Assembly: GCF_001194135.2 (NCBI RefSeq) | Contig: NC_069005.1 | Location: forward strand, 3,476,804-3,529,198 | Length of the DNA stretch: 52,395 bases | Direction of reading: 5' to 3' | Source of the DNA: Octopus bimaculoides | Taxonomy: Eukaryota | Shown: one piece after another, positions 1 through 12,775 of the stretch | Layout: every line of letters starts with the position of its first letter | Position numbering within the stretch: position 1 is the first letter of the stretch | Notes under the pieces: generated by a model | What the model was told of the DNA's origin: nothing | The model's database searches: none | Seen by the model: the letters and a program-made list of their open reading frames with translations, nothing else | Position numbers and translations under genes: made by a program

Positions 1-50
1 AGCCATCTATTTATCCATCCATCTATCTGTCTGACTATCTATCTATCTGA

Positions 51-91
<41 letters not shown>

Positions 92-234
92 CATCTTTCT
101 ATCTATCTATCTTTCTATCTATCTATCTATCTCTCTGTCTGTCTTTCTATCTATCTATCTATCTATCCATCTATCCATCTTTCTATCTATCTATCTTTCT
201 ATCTATCTATATATCTCTCTGTCTGTCTTTCTGG

Positions 235-271
<37 letters not shown>

Positions 272-350
272 CATCTATCCATCTTTCTATCTATCTATCT
301 TTCTATCTATCTATCTATCTCTCTGTCTGTCTTTCTGGCTATCTATCTAG
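1..350. repeat. Compound (TATC)n/(TCTG) microsatellite with internal higher-order repetition
   Basis: Directly visible tetranucleotide array; the marker ctctctgtctgtctttct recurs three times (~131, ~215, ~319). Confidence 0.95.
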
Positions 351-988
351 CCACATGCTCTGCTTTTTTGGATGATATTTAGAGCTTACGGAGTAAACAC
401 TGAATCTTCCTGTGACGTCATTCTAACCCTCTGAGAGAAAGCGTCAGATAGAATGAGAAAGGAGAGGAAGGAAAGGGTGTCAAAGAGTGAGACAGAGATA
501 GAGGCAGAGAGAGAGAGAGAGAGACAGAGTAATCAGAGAATGTGTTCATAAATATATCCTACTATCGGCACTCTCATATTCCGATTTCCCAAATATTTTA
601 CCAGACGCAAAACAGTTTTTCAGAAAAACACAAAAAGAAAAAAAAATACAGAAGAAAAAAAAACAACAAAATAAATTTAAAAGGTAGAAGGAGTCGACAC
701 TTCAGCTAAAAGCAAAGGTAAAACAGCATCGACAAAAATGCCGATAATAGTTTGGTTCAGGAAAAAAAAACTTTCAAAATTTAATATTGGATATGTCTAA
801 CTCACATTCCGAGAATCTGAATATCCAAATGTACAATGTATTGATCAGGCAGCTTCTATATTCTAACTTTATGAAAGCTGATCAATATTTCGCACATTAG
901 ACTATTTGGACATTTCAAAAGTGAGATACTATCATCCCATATACTTCAACCACAAATCTAACTCCCTCTATTCCTCTCGCTTTAAATA

Positions 989-1117
989 CGCACAGGCACA
1001 CGCACACACAGGCGCACGCACACACAGGCGCACGCACACACAGGCGCACGCACACACAGGCGCACGCACACACAGGCGCACGCACACACAGGCGCACGCA
1101 CACACAGGCGCACGCGC
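989..1117. repeat. 16-bp GC-rich minisatellite (cacacacaggcgcacg), ~7 copies
   Basis: caggcgcacg recurs at 1009, 1025, 1041, 1057, 1073, 1089 and 1105 (period 16). Confidence 0.95.
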
Positions 1118-2075
1118 AAATTAGTGACTTTACAGCGAAATATATATAATGTATGTGTGACCAGAGCATTCTCTGTTTACATGATCTCTCTCTACCGTAT
1201 CCCGCCACTGAATTCTCTCGCACACTCATACACATTGCATATGAAGCTTCCGTTGCAAAGTTCCAAACAACCAGAAGAAAGAACTGTGTTTCTAACGCGC
1301 AACATATGGTTTATGCAACAATTAAGCACATCGCAATATATTCCCAGCATTCCGATCAGGTTAGTTCCCAAGCCTGAGACTAAACGCCTCTTTTTTTCCT
1401 ATCGATCACGGAGATTCAGAAAATTGTCATTCGCGATTCGCTTCGATCTCTGATGAAACTAACGCAATAGAAAAAAAAAAATTAATATGCATATGGGTAT
1501 ATATAAAATATTATTTACTCCGTTCAAATATACTTTCAGTTGTGTTGTGAAAGGTCTGCATAGGTTTTCTGTGACAACTGGACAGAAACTAAATATCCCA
1601 AATATTCAAAATTTTAAAGAAACATTAAGGTTTGGCACAAACATTTCGATTTTAAAATATAGAAACACACAACCAAGCAATGGACACTCAGAAAGGAATA
1701 TATACAGAATTGTGTGTATATATGTGTCTTTATATGTGTGGATGTGTGCGTGCGTATGCGCGTAGTAAGAGTGATGTGTGGTTGCGTCTGTGTACCTAAG
1801 TTAGACTACAGAATGGTTTTGATGGTGCTAGTATTAGAGCCAGTTATTGCATTTTATATTTAACTGTCCAGCAGCGGACTTTCAGGACTGACAGGCACGC
1901 ATTCGGAAATGTGCGAAACACACAAACATTCGCTAACGTAATTGATCACGTAAAACGTAAACGCAGTCAAACAGTTTCCTCGCACGAAGAGACACACACG
2001 GAATGAAGTGAAACACATTGCTCTCGCTCTCTGTCCCAAATTGTCTTTCACTTCTTTCTCTCACTCATCACCTTT

Positions 2076-2145
2076 TCTATCTATCTATCTATCTATCTAT
2101 ATATCTATCTATCTATCTATCTATCTAACTATCTATCTACTTATT

Positions 2146-2214
<69 letters not shown>

Positions 2215-2303
2215 GATTTACTAAATTATCGGTTGAGCATAAATCATTATATTACAATTAACATACACACACAGACACACACACACAAACACACACACAC
2301 ACA
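2076..2303. repeat. Compound microsatellite (TCTA)n-(TC)n-(TA)n...(CA)n running into an N-gap
   Basis: Directly visible. Confidence 0.95.
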
Positions 2304-2429
2304 NNNNNNNNNNNNNNNNNNNNNNNNNNNNNNNNNNNNNNNNNNNNNNNNNNNNNNNNNNNNNNNNNNNNNNNNNNNNNNNNNNNNNNNNNNNNNNNNN
2401 NNNNNNNNNNNNNNNNNNNNNNNNNNNNN

Positions 2430-2822
2430 CGATAGTGGTGTCAATTAGACGCAGAGGTTTCAGGTAATGCTGAGTAAGTGCTATGGATAGACCACAGTAA
2501 ACACCAGGTTCGGTGGTTATGCGAATAAGAGGTCCAACGTATGTTATATATCACCGTGTGAATATAGGATATACTTTTCGTAATGAGATAAAAAAAAACA
2601 CCTGGGTGTGTATAATATAGAACATTTATAAATCGATTTTTAAATGTCCTATATTATACACACCCAGGTGTTTTTTTAATCTCATTACGAAAAGTATATC
2701 CTATATTCACACGCTGATATATAACCTACGCTGGACCTCTTATTCGCATTTATAAATCGATTTTTAAATGTTCTATATTATACTCAACCTTGTATGTTTT
2801 ATATCATTACGAAAAGTATATC
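2430..2822. mobile_element. Rearranged copy of the repeat at 45845-46049: inverted arms 2519-2628/2641-2749 plus a partial direct copy 2749-2822 (Penelope pLTR/retrozyme-like)
   Basis: 2430-2628 is the reverse complement of ~45850-46049 (e.g. cgatagtggtgtcaat vs attgacaccactaccg). The arms are near-perfect reverse complements. The family assignment is an inference from the hammerhead in the other copy. Confidence 0.6.
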
Positions 2823-3351
2823 TTATATATATATATATACACACACACATGATTGTGTATATATATATACAGTAAATCAAAATTCTATAAATACTTAATA
2901 TTCAATTTCATACATTCATTCCAATTATGAATGCTTAATAATTGCATGCTCTGAGGTAAAATCACCGTTATTCTTTTTCACCATTTATTTATTTTTTAGT
3001 GATATCTCATATGAAATAATTTTTCGTTTTAATCTTGGAATTCAATGCTTTTGCTTGACTCTTTGGTGAGTTTTCGGCCAAAGATGTAAATATTTATATA
3101 TATATATATATAATTCGCTGCCGTCATCAAAATGATATATACACCGCCCAGGGAATGCGAAATAATTATTCTTAGACATAGCACCATATGAATATTGGTT
3201 TTCATATCCAAAAGAAATTTCCTCACAATAATCATTTTATTCACCAAAATTCAACAATATTACTGACATCTACAGTTTTATGTGTTTTGAGACCCAATGT
3301 TCGAAAAAATATGCATGCATATATACAGACACACACACTCACATATACACG

Positions 3352-3371
3352 TGTGTGTGTGTGTGTGTGTG

Positions 3372-3418
<47 letters not shown>
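3352..3418. repeat. (GT)n(AT)n microsatellite
   Basis: Directly visible. Confidence 0.95.
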
Positions 3419-3424
<6 letters not shown>

Positions 3425-3429
3425 TTATA

Positions 3430-3832
3430 GTTTGTTATTCTGTTATGTGTTTCAGCCCTAATGCTGTGGACATGCTGGGGCACCGCTATTATAATTACCC
3501 TTTTATTGGACAATTCTGTGTGAATGGCTTGTTCAAAACTCCTGCTGTCTTTTGAGTGTCCTGCCTTGATATTGGTTCTTCTGCGATCTTGGACTGCTAG
3601 GGGTCAAGTTGTTTCTTGAAAACATCTACCCCCACTAAATAGAGATACCTTAGATGTTTTGACAAGGCGTTAAATAACTGGGCCCTTGAATACCAAGATA
3701 TTGCAGTACATGTTCCTCAAATAACATGGGATACCTGTGTCTTTTGGAACAGTGCAGTGACGTCCAGTTCGGACTGTGGTATAATTTTCAACTCTAAATT
3801 ATGTTGCCAGCTATTCCAGTATCTTCCACTCA
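3430..3832 (-). mobile_element. 5'-truncated CR1/L2-type LINE 3' fragment (end of RT ORF plus 3' tail), degenerate
   Basis: The minus strand gives a broken frame including ...QLFNALSKHLRYLYLVGVDVFKKQLD..., resembling the LFNxLP...VDxFKxxLD C-terminus of CR1/L2/Jockey-group RTs. It is homologous to 47.5-47.9 kb and ends in gcggtgccccagcatgtccacagc...gctgaaacacataacagaata next to a microsatellite. Confidence 0.8.
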
Positions 3833-4325
3833 TATATCACTGATTACCACCCCCGTCCTATATGTATATGTGTGTGTGTGTATGTGTGCGTGCGCGTGTA
3901 TGTATCTGCGTGTGTGTATGCATATATACATACGTACATATGAGAGATAATGAAAGGAAGAATTATTGTAACTGAGATTATCCGAGTAATTATTCGTTAA
4001 TATCACCCTGCAGTAATTATTTAGATTGAAAACTTACTAAGAAGGAAATGGAATTAATCCTTCAGAAAATGTAAAAGATTGGGAAATGTGTTGATTTTGT
4101 GCAATTTATAGAAGGAACGAACATGTTTCAAGCTATGCAGTGATGAATTTTCTATTCCAGTAGCCGGGCTTAGAAGCGATTACCATATAAGTATATATCC
4201 CTCTAAACGCTTAGCGTATAAAAGCTTCACTACATATCTATATACACTTTTCACAGCTCTAAAGGACAACCTAAAATAATTTTACAATGTATGTGGAAAA
4301 CATTTAAAATTTATTCCATTTATAT

Positions 4326-4410
4326 ATTTCAATTTTGGACTAAAGTCAGTAATTTTGAGTGGAGGAGGCAAGTCAATGATATTGGGTCACTACTTGAGCT
4401 GTTATTTTCG
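4326..4410 (-). mobile_element. Degenerate SINE 3' fragment
   Basis: Resembles the reverse complement of the SINE body at 17400-17485 (ggaggaggcaagtcaatgatattgggtcactacttga). Confidence 0.5.
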
Positions 4411-5358
4411 AAAGCTTCCCTTTCATGGCTGAAATTTAGAGCATAAATATTCGGAAGTAATTTCTCTAAAAATGTTTGTCCGTAACCCAAGGGATATCTC
4501 GACCATTCGCACGTCTCTTTCCGATAATATTAGCTGCAAGGACGTGGCAGATTGCAGTGTAACACTGGAAACATAGCACTTGTGTCATATGATACTTGTG
4601 GATGTAGCCGCTAAGCAGAGCATTTTAGAAACCAGCAGTTTTTTACTTTAGAAAATATCATTCACGCCTAAAAGAGAAGCATATTCCTAATGGTAATATA
4701 TTGTCCCCGCATTGCTATCATCCTATAAACGTAGGGCATCGAAGCGATAACACTACTGGGTTGATGGGAGCCGTTGCCTCACAAATCAATGCCAAATATC
4801 ACATGCTTAGGGTGCAATGAAGTGAGGTTCAAATAATACGCTACGCGGAGAAAATGGTTAGTATCACGTAGTTTCCCGAAGGAGTGTGAAATCATGTGTT
4901 TCCCAACAGCCTTCAAACTCCCTAGTCTACTGATTCAAACACATGTTTCTATTGCCTCTAAGGGCGTTTGATTTCTTAGCATAAATTGGCTGGTTCATGG
5001 TACAAAGGATTCCTTAAAGCTGAGAGATGATTAGATCTTAGTAATAGACAATGAAGCTGCAACAGAGCCAGTAGTCGTCGTGTGAGCGGCAGCCAATTGA
5101 TGGTTGCATTTAGAAGCCACTACAGCCCCATCCAGAAATAACAGCGAATTTGAAAGTGCTTTTGTTGAATAGCCAGCTTGTTTGATATATCAAAGCTGCA
5201 AGTGATTCCAAGTAAAGAACAAGTGTTTTTCTCTGTTTTTTTTTAAAAGTATTTTCATAATTACAAACATTTCTTTCTTCATGCATTTCGTTTGTTTGGC
5301 TTTCGTATTCCTATCGCACATGCTCTCTCTTTCCCGATCTCCCTCTCTGCCATCTATC

Positions 5359-5401
<43 letters not shown>

Positions 5402-6829
5402 GAGATGGGTATTTACATGCACCAGAGACAAGAAACAATTACCTCACACATCTTAAACCCCTACACATATACCCGAATATTCACGAAACCATTAGCTACA
5501 CATATGTAATCATATATTCTTTCCATTACATTCTATATATTTCTCTATTATTCTGCAGACAGGAAACAGAAGTAAATCATAACAAGAAATGTAATCAACA
5601 ATAACAAAAATGACAAGAAAAAAAAGAAAGAAAAATTATTACAAAAACAAAAGAATGAAAACGGAAAAGATCCTGGCCAATTCTGTCTAAGAATATCTAT
5701 TTTCCAAGAAATAAAACATTTCTCTATTTTCTTTTCATCCAAACCAAAATATGGCCGCCCCATTAGAAAATGGTGGCTGAATTTCCAATAAATCTGGCTG
5801 CAACATGACACAAATTTGACCCTTGTTACACGAGTGATGTTCACGAAGAAATAACAATTTACTGCTAAATAAGGCTTCTTACGTACGCTGTAATAAAGCA
5901 AAACATATATAAATATAAAAATACAAATATACATACATAGATAAATTTATATATGTATGTGAACGTGTGTGCATGTGTTTGTGTGCCTGAATGTATCTGT
6001 GTATATAATAGACATAAATGTATGTAGGTATTTACTTCTCCCCTTTACACATATGCGCATGCGCCCTGTTCTAGTACGGGCGCTTGTACGTATGCTTGTG
6101 TATCAACGTATATATACATTCGTACACACACACACAAAGGCACACATGTATTAAAAGTGATATTCTAGTCCCTCGTTGTCTCTCTATATTCTCGTCCTAA
6201 TGTGTGTGTGTGTGTGTGTGTGTTTTCGTGCGTGCGAGGTTGCGCGTGTATGTGAGTGCGAATGTATGAGTATATTAGAGAAAGTGAAAGAGACAAACAG
6301 AGAAGGAGAAATAACCACACATACATAGATATAGGTGTATAGGTAGCCAAACGTACATACATTTATATATCATGTCTGTATTGTTCTATACTACAACCGC
6401 ACACGTTTCTCCGTATATTTGTTGGTGTTACGGAGTTATTCTGTCTGAACTGGTACGTTTAAATTACAATTCTTCTTTCTCTTTCCTCAAATTATTATAT
6501 TTTCCTTTGTCAGATATTAATATATAATAGATTACAATTATAAAGGTTCTTTAGTCATGTTTTAAATCACAATATATTTCTAATAACATTTTTCATACCA
6601 AATCTTCTAATTAAATTTTTCCCCTTTCTCAGGCACATACCGCCTATACAGTCAATATGTTATAAAAATATATAACTTGTTTTCATAATCTTTAACCTAA
6701 TATAAATTACGAAAGTTTAAAAATACACAAGCCAATTTTCTATTTAGAGAAAACACGCATAGTCAAGCATGATATATTCTTGTTCCCAATTTTTCATTTT
6801 TCATTTCTCTCGTCATATATTTTTATTGA

Positions 6830-6915
6830 TTTCAAACATTAGCACAAGGCCACAAGAGTCGGAGAAAAGCACAATCGATTTTTTTTCAGTCAGCATTACT
6901 TGACAGGTATATATT
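6830..6915 (-). mobile_element. Degenerate SINE 3' fragment
   Basis: gcacaaggcc...aatcgatt...cagcattacttgacaggta, same family as 48220-48290 and 17400-17485. Confidence 0.45.
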
Positions 6916-9614
6916 TATGTATTTTAAGTGCGGTAAGAAAAAGCTTAAAGAGTCACTAAATATCGAATGGTCTATCACTTCTGTCGGGCGCCGTTTTCCA
7001 ATATATTAGAGAATATGATTCATTCTCCTGTTCTTGTGCGGCTATATTAAAAGAAAATTTGTGATTGCGATTCGTACTGGCTAGTACGCTTGCTTTTGGT
7101 GCAATTTTAAAAACGTTTTATACTCTGTGGTACGCTTACTTTGATGCACTTTGAAAATATATATGGATCGTTCTCAATGTTTGATATAGTTCATTGCATA
7201 AATTTTTCACTTCATGCCCAATTAAGAATGCAGTGTTGTGGATATTGATTCCTTACTCTCGATGCAACGGACGAGGTGGGGGGGGGTGTCTGAAGTCATT
7301 CACTGGAAGTCGCAGCTATCAACAGTGTTGCTATATTCGTTCTCTGTAAGTAATAGGGGTAATTGGCGGACAGTGTTTCCTTGCGGTATAATGTTTCTCT
7401 TGATTAGTTTATTTGAGCACTTGGAAAGAACGAAATAAATTATGGTAAAATAAATCGAAACAATCGAGGTGCACAAGGTTTACAAAATGACTATTATGGT
7501 CCCTTATTGTTATCTTTATTGAATAAATATTGCCGAGATATGCACTGGATGCGTGTAATAATACATACGAATGGCGTCGTTGCACTCAGTGTAGGTTAAA
7601 TCTCGCTAATTAGTGAATTTTAGGATTAAATATATGCCGGAGTTATGGTTGTTTCGAACATCTTATAGTTGAGGGTAAAGTGGGACTTGAAAAAAGACAT
7701 AAACTCTACTATATTACAAATGCAAGGTAATACGTTACTGATTCCACCACAAATTCCATGAACAGAAACCAGTTTAGGAGCATTGTATTTCGTAATGACG
7801 ACTTTGTTGGCCGGTAGCACAGACTTAGCAAGGAATTTTCTCTTGATAAATTTCAGAACACATCCGCTTAAATATCAGCAGCAGCTTCATCTGCACATAT
7901 CTTTTCAACACACACACAAACACCGAAATTATCCGAAAACTATTTCCACTATTCCATACGAGCTTCTCAAGCCTTTGCCTAATTTTTTTTTTTGCGCTTT
8001 CCTCTTCTTGAGAACAGTAATTTTCACTGAGGGAAAATATATTCACGTATTTTCTCTCATTAATTATCAACACCATTCAGTGTGAATAGGCCTACACTGT
8101 ATTCTGCTTGCAAGGATCTCACCCATATACTGCGTTATTTATTTATTTATTCCAGTATTTACAAAATTTATGACAGAATGTAGCATCAGATGTATCGCTT
8201 TGTTGTGTTACCGCCACATTCACTATTAGCTGATCGCTGGGGAAGCGTATTCAAGGATAACACCGTTAAAAATAGATGAAATGTTTATCTCTTTGTCATT
8301 AATCACAGTAAGTTTACTACTGTAAATCAGCCAAAAGAGACGACCGCAATTTTATGCAACTTCGTCATGAACAGAAACGAGTGACTTTTTCAACTGCTAT
8401 CAATACTATTTTAGGATTTCTTTAGAAACTATTGAAATATAGCTTTCTACACAAATACCAAATTCGTTGAAATCTAGAGCCTCAAACAATAGATGATTAC
8501 GATTTGAAGGACGTTGCATTGCAAACAGATAGTTAAATCAATATATTCTTAAGGTGAAAATTTAGTTAATTACTCATACAAATATATTGCCAAAATTCTT
8601 CAAACGAAGATAAAACTTTTACAGAATGACAGTTGAAATCATAGAAAGCAGAAATAATTTTTCCGAAGTTTATAAAATATGTGACCAGCTGCCATTGGAA
8701 CATGGTAGTGTTCGTTAACACGGAAAGAGTGATGTTTATTAGAAAACTTGGTACCATTTATTTTGTTTATAAAACTTAATGGAAGATACAAATTTTACGA
8801 AAACTTAATATAGTTCAAAATTACTTATAAGGTAGCCGATGGTTCTCGTCGTCCCGAAGTTTATTGGCGTATTTCAGAAGAGTAGAAAATATAGTCTTTT
8901 CTTTGTTCTAAGGGTATAGCATGTTTGCTTGAAAAATTAAGAAACACACTGATAGACAGACATATAAACATTTAGAGAGACAGACAGAGAAATGGATGGA
9001 TAGATAGATAAATAGATAAATAGAGAGATAGATAGAGAGATATATAGATAGATAGATAGATGAAGAAGTTTACTAGAAGTTCATCGTCTTTTACATTTGA
9101 ATTACATAAAACTATATAAAACTTATAATGTCAAAGCAGTCTATTAACGAAAATTAAAACCAGGCATAGAGTAGTAAAATGCAAAACGATGACAATAAAA
9201 CGAAACAGACTGGTGAGTCGGACGAGATGGACACTTAATTTGAAACTCAAGTGAGGTGAGATAATTGATGGATTTGACAATTCAGCGTTGAATAAGTATT
9301 TCAGCATAGAGGAAATTAAAACTCTGGGCGTCAAAACTGTTCGAATGAAACTAATAAATTAATATTTTGACTTTAATAATAAAAATTCTAAGCTCTCATA
9401 TATATAGCAAAAATATAATCTATATCAATAAAACATTTGCAGTAAACACCGTAACCAAATAGTTTTGCAATACTTGGAGTGGAACGTAATAGACCAACGT
9501 ATGATAATACATTGTAACACTATACGTCACATCGAACTCCTCCAACGGTTATATATACACGAATGAGAATATTTTAGGATGTTTCTGACATAAGGAATTT
9601 AACACATATTTTTG

Positions 9615-9725
9615 CCTTGTGGTCAAGTGATTAGGCTAATCAGGATAATAAGGCTGGGTGTCAGTTCCTGGACTAGAGGTACTTGACAACTTTGAGAAAA
9701 GCAACGTTGCACGTTGGTCCAGTAA
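9615..9725 (+). mobile_element. Highly degenerate tRNA-derived SINE head
   Basis: gtggtcaagtgattagg...gttcctggact...cacgttggtccagt resembles the head at 26750-26870. Confidence 0.35.
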
Positions 9726-12309
9726 ATGCAGAATAATAAAGAGTATCAGAAGAAAAAAAACGAGAGATTACTGGTGCAGATATCTATGTGTTGCATCTTC
9801 CATGTTTCAGTTTGAGAATTCCGCAAGCATTAGCATTTTGTTTGCTGTTACATAGGTACCTAAAACGATTAGTAAGAGATTAGGATAAGCAAAGAGATCA
9901 TAGCCCAAATTTGTCCACACCAACTCATTTTATATTCAGACATAATATTTGGCCAAATACACTGCCAACGTTTTCAGTCACTTTTGAGCAGCCCGAGTGT
10001 GTTTTTGATGAAAGTTTGTTTAATTTCATAAAATTCCGCTTTCTCAGCTATTCTTTGTTATTTACAACTTATGTTAGCTCTGCATTAGTAAATCGATTAC
10101 AATAGACACTCCAACCATAAGAATATCGCCATTGTATAGATAGTGAAGAGAGTGTTATCTTATGTACCTGTATATTTCTCTTTAACATTGAGTAAATCTT
10201 GATTTGAGGAAGATATTGTTGCCACCTCTATCATACAACGTAAGTACAGTCTGTAACGATTAGACCGCTTACGCGTTGCATCAATGACAAGGGATATCTC
10301 AGGAAGCAGATTAGAGTGGATTCTATGAACGTGGTTATTGGATTTGAATGACAGATCAGAAAAGAATGATTCAAGTATGTTATGGTTTCCATATTATAAG
10401 TGGAATAATAGTAATTTATAACAATGCCTATACTTTGATGAATGAAACATCTAACGTTTTTTTTTTTAACTTCAAGTTTATACTATTGCCGTTTATGTAG
10501 TAAACGTATTTATGTCTGTTCAAATTATAAACCTCCGAAGCAATTACATTTTCACACGTCACCGCGAAAACTACTCTACTTTACGTTTCTCTACTAGATT
10601 CTCTGAAGTAGCCTGCCGATACGCATCACCACTAATTTCTTTCGATTCTTCATCATACGCTATTTACATATTTGTAGGAAATGGAATAATTTATTAGCTG
10701 AGATTCAGTGAAATTCTTCCAAGAAATTCGGTAAGACGACGGATAGCTAAAATATAGAGCTAATGAGACAATGGCATATGCTGATACATGTTTGACGATA
10801 TACGTATGCATGAAAATAAATCAGAGAAATATCAGCATGCAAAATCCAATTACGAAATAAATAATAAATAAATAAACAACACATTCTGGCTGCGACTAAA
10901 TGTTTCAAGCCTCAGATGCAAATATATGTATGATGTAAATTCGGTCGTTCGCTAATATTAGCCATTTTTAGAATCGTCTCTGTTATTAATATATGTTTAT
11001 AGAGGAGTGGCGTCAATTATATGCATTATTTTCTGAACCAATACTGTGTTCTTGAATGATATTGTATCGCGTTATTCAATATTGGTTTGTCACTAAATAT
11101 ACTTAGAGACAAATCAATACAGACAAAAAATTGCTTTTGCTATGTAAATGGTCAACACAGTAATATTTCTTGCAAAGCTAATTCGCTGTCGCGCATATAC
11201 CTGTCTACCTGTGAAGCTCCCATTCTGTTTTAACATATGAACGGAACATGAAAATTAGTTACAATAGAGGGGCAACGTTTTCGATGACATAAATGACAAT
11301 ACAGTAATGATGATTGATATATCAATAACGGATGACTATATTTCAGAAGCGAGGTGAAATAGGAATGAATGATACCGTCTTAGATATTGAATTAATTGGT
11401 AATAAAATGTGTCCCACCAGCCTATTTGTAAGTGGTAAAAATAGACTGATAAATAATCTGATACCTGAAGATATTGACAGCTAACTTACAAGGAACGATT
11501 CAAACCAGTACCAAGATGTATCAATAATATTGTCAACAAGTATTTTCAGAAGATTTTTACAAACCATTTTCAAACTTACGACTTAGTTTATTTCGAAACC
11601 GAAACAATGAAACGCATAAATCTGTTCGGTTGTATTTGATCTCGAAACGTAAAGGGGCGGAAGAAATGCCATTAAGTATTTTATTCGAAGCTCTTATGAT
11701 CATGAAATCTCTGCTAGCAGCAGCGTTCTTGTACGTATATTTCAATAAATAAATAATTATATATATTTATAAATAAATAAATATATATAGTTATAAATAA
11801 ATAAATATANNNNNNNNNNTATATATAAATATGGTCACGCACATTTATTAAGAGTGCCCTCTTATAATCGGGTCGCAGTTTGTTTTCGAGGCTAGCGTCC
11901 TGGTCGTCACAATACCTTCCATTCTAGGCCTTATAATGCCAGGGTTACAGATTAACAATACACGAAAATCTTAATAAAAAAAAAATCTAAAACCATTCTT
12001 AAATTTCCTTATAGCAGACACATCTAAAACAAAACGTAGGCATTTAAATGAACAGCACTATAAATAACTCGAAATAGTAAGCTTGTGTGCATGACACGAA
12101 ATGTGAAATTTATCAGAATGAACAAACCGTGATGCACTAATTAAGTTTAAAATTCTCTTAATTAGTGTTCGTATGAGTCAAGAGTAGACCTTCATGGTTT
12201 CTTATTATAGCTAGAAACAACCAATCAATTCCACTCATCGGTGGATGAATGAGTGTTTCCGGGAAATAGTATTGAATATTCTTTGTCCGATTTCTTTTGT
12301 GAGATCGTA

Positions 12310-12775
12310 TGCAGTACTTTGCAACGACATCTATAGCTGGAAACCACCATCATTGCCAAGATGAAAAACAACATAGCAGCAGCAGTATAAGCATCAACAG
12401 CAGCACAGGTGTATAAGCGGCCAATAGTAGTGGTAGTAGTAGTAGAAACGCTGTGTGTATGTATCTTGAAGCTGGACTTCTGTTTTAAAGTTTCTTACAC
12501 AAATGTTACGATAATATAGCATTCGGGTTTGTTTTGAATTTCGGATGAGGCATTATTACCAAATTTCTCTTGTATTTCTTGGAGCTATTGACGTTTATTC
12601 CCATTGCTCTGACATCGAGTACTCATAAATTTTTGCGTCAATGCTGGCGGTATTCTTTACAATTAATTTGAGTTGTCGTAACAGTGGTGTTAAATAATAT
12701 CGCAAAACTTTTTTTTCTTTTTCTGCTGAATAACAAAATGTTTATTTTCCGAATTGAAATTTGTTTCGATACACG
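12310..12775 (+). repeat. Left arm of a diverged inverted duplication
   Basis: The reverse complement matches 13975-14515, e.g. tttcttacacaaatgtta / taacatttgtgtaagaaa, attcccattgctctgacatcgagtactcataaattttt / aaaaatttatgagtgctcgatgccagagcaatgggaat and acagtggtgttaaataatat / atattatttaacaccactgt. The outer boundary is uncertain. Confidence 0.85.

Noticed and set aside
413-420. Perfect CRE palindrome TGACGTCA
   Set aside because: A single 8-mer in 52 kb is near chance expectation and no TSS is linked to it.
989-1117. CRISPR-like regular repeats
   Set aside because: The units are head-to-tail with no unique spacers, in a eukaryotic context; this is a minisatellite.
1450-1475. CTGATGA as a second hammerhead core
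   Set aside because: There is no stem II, stem III or correctly placed GAAA-N-UH; 41030 was rejected for the same reason.
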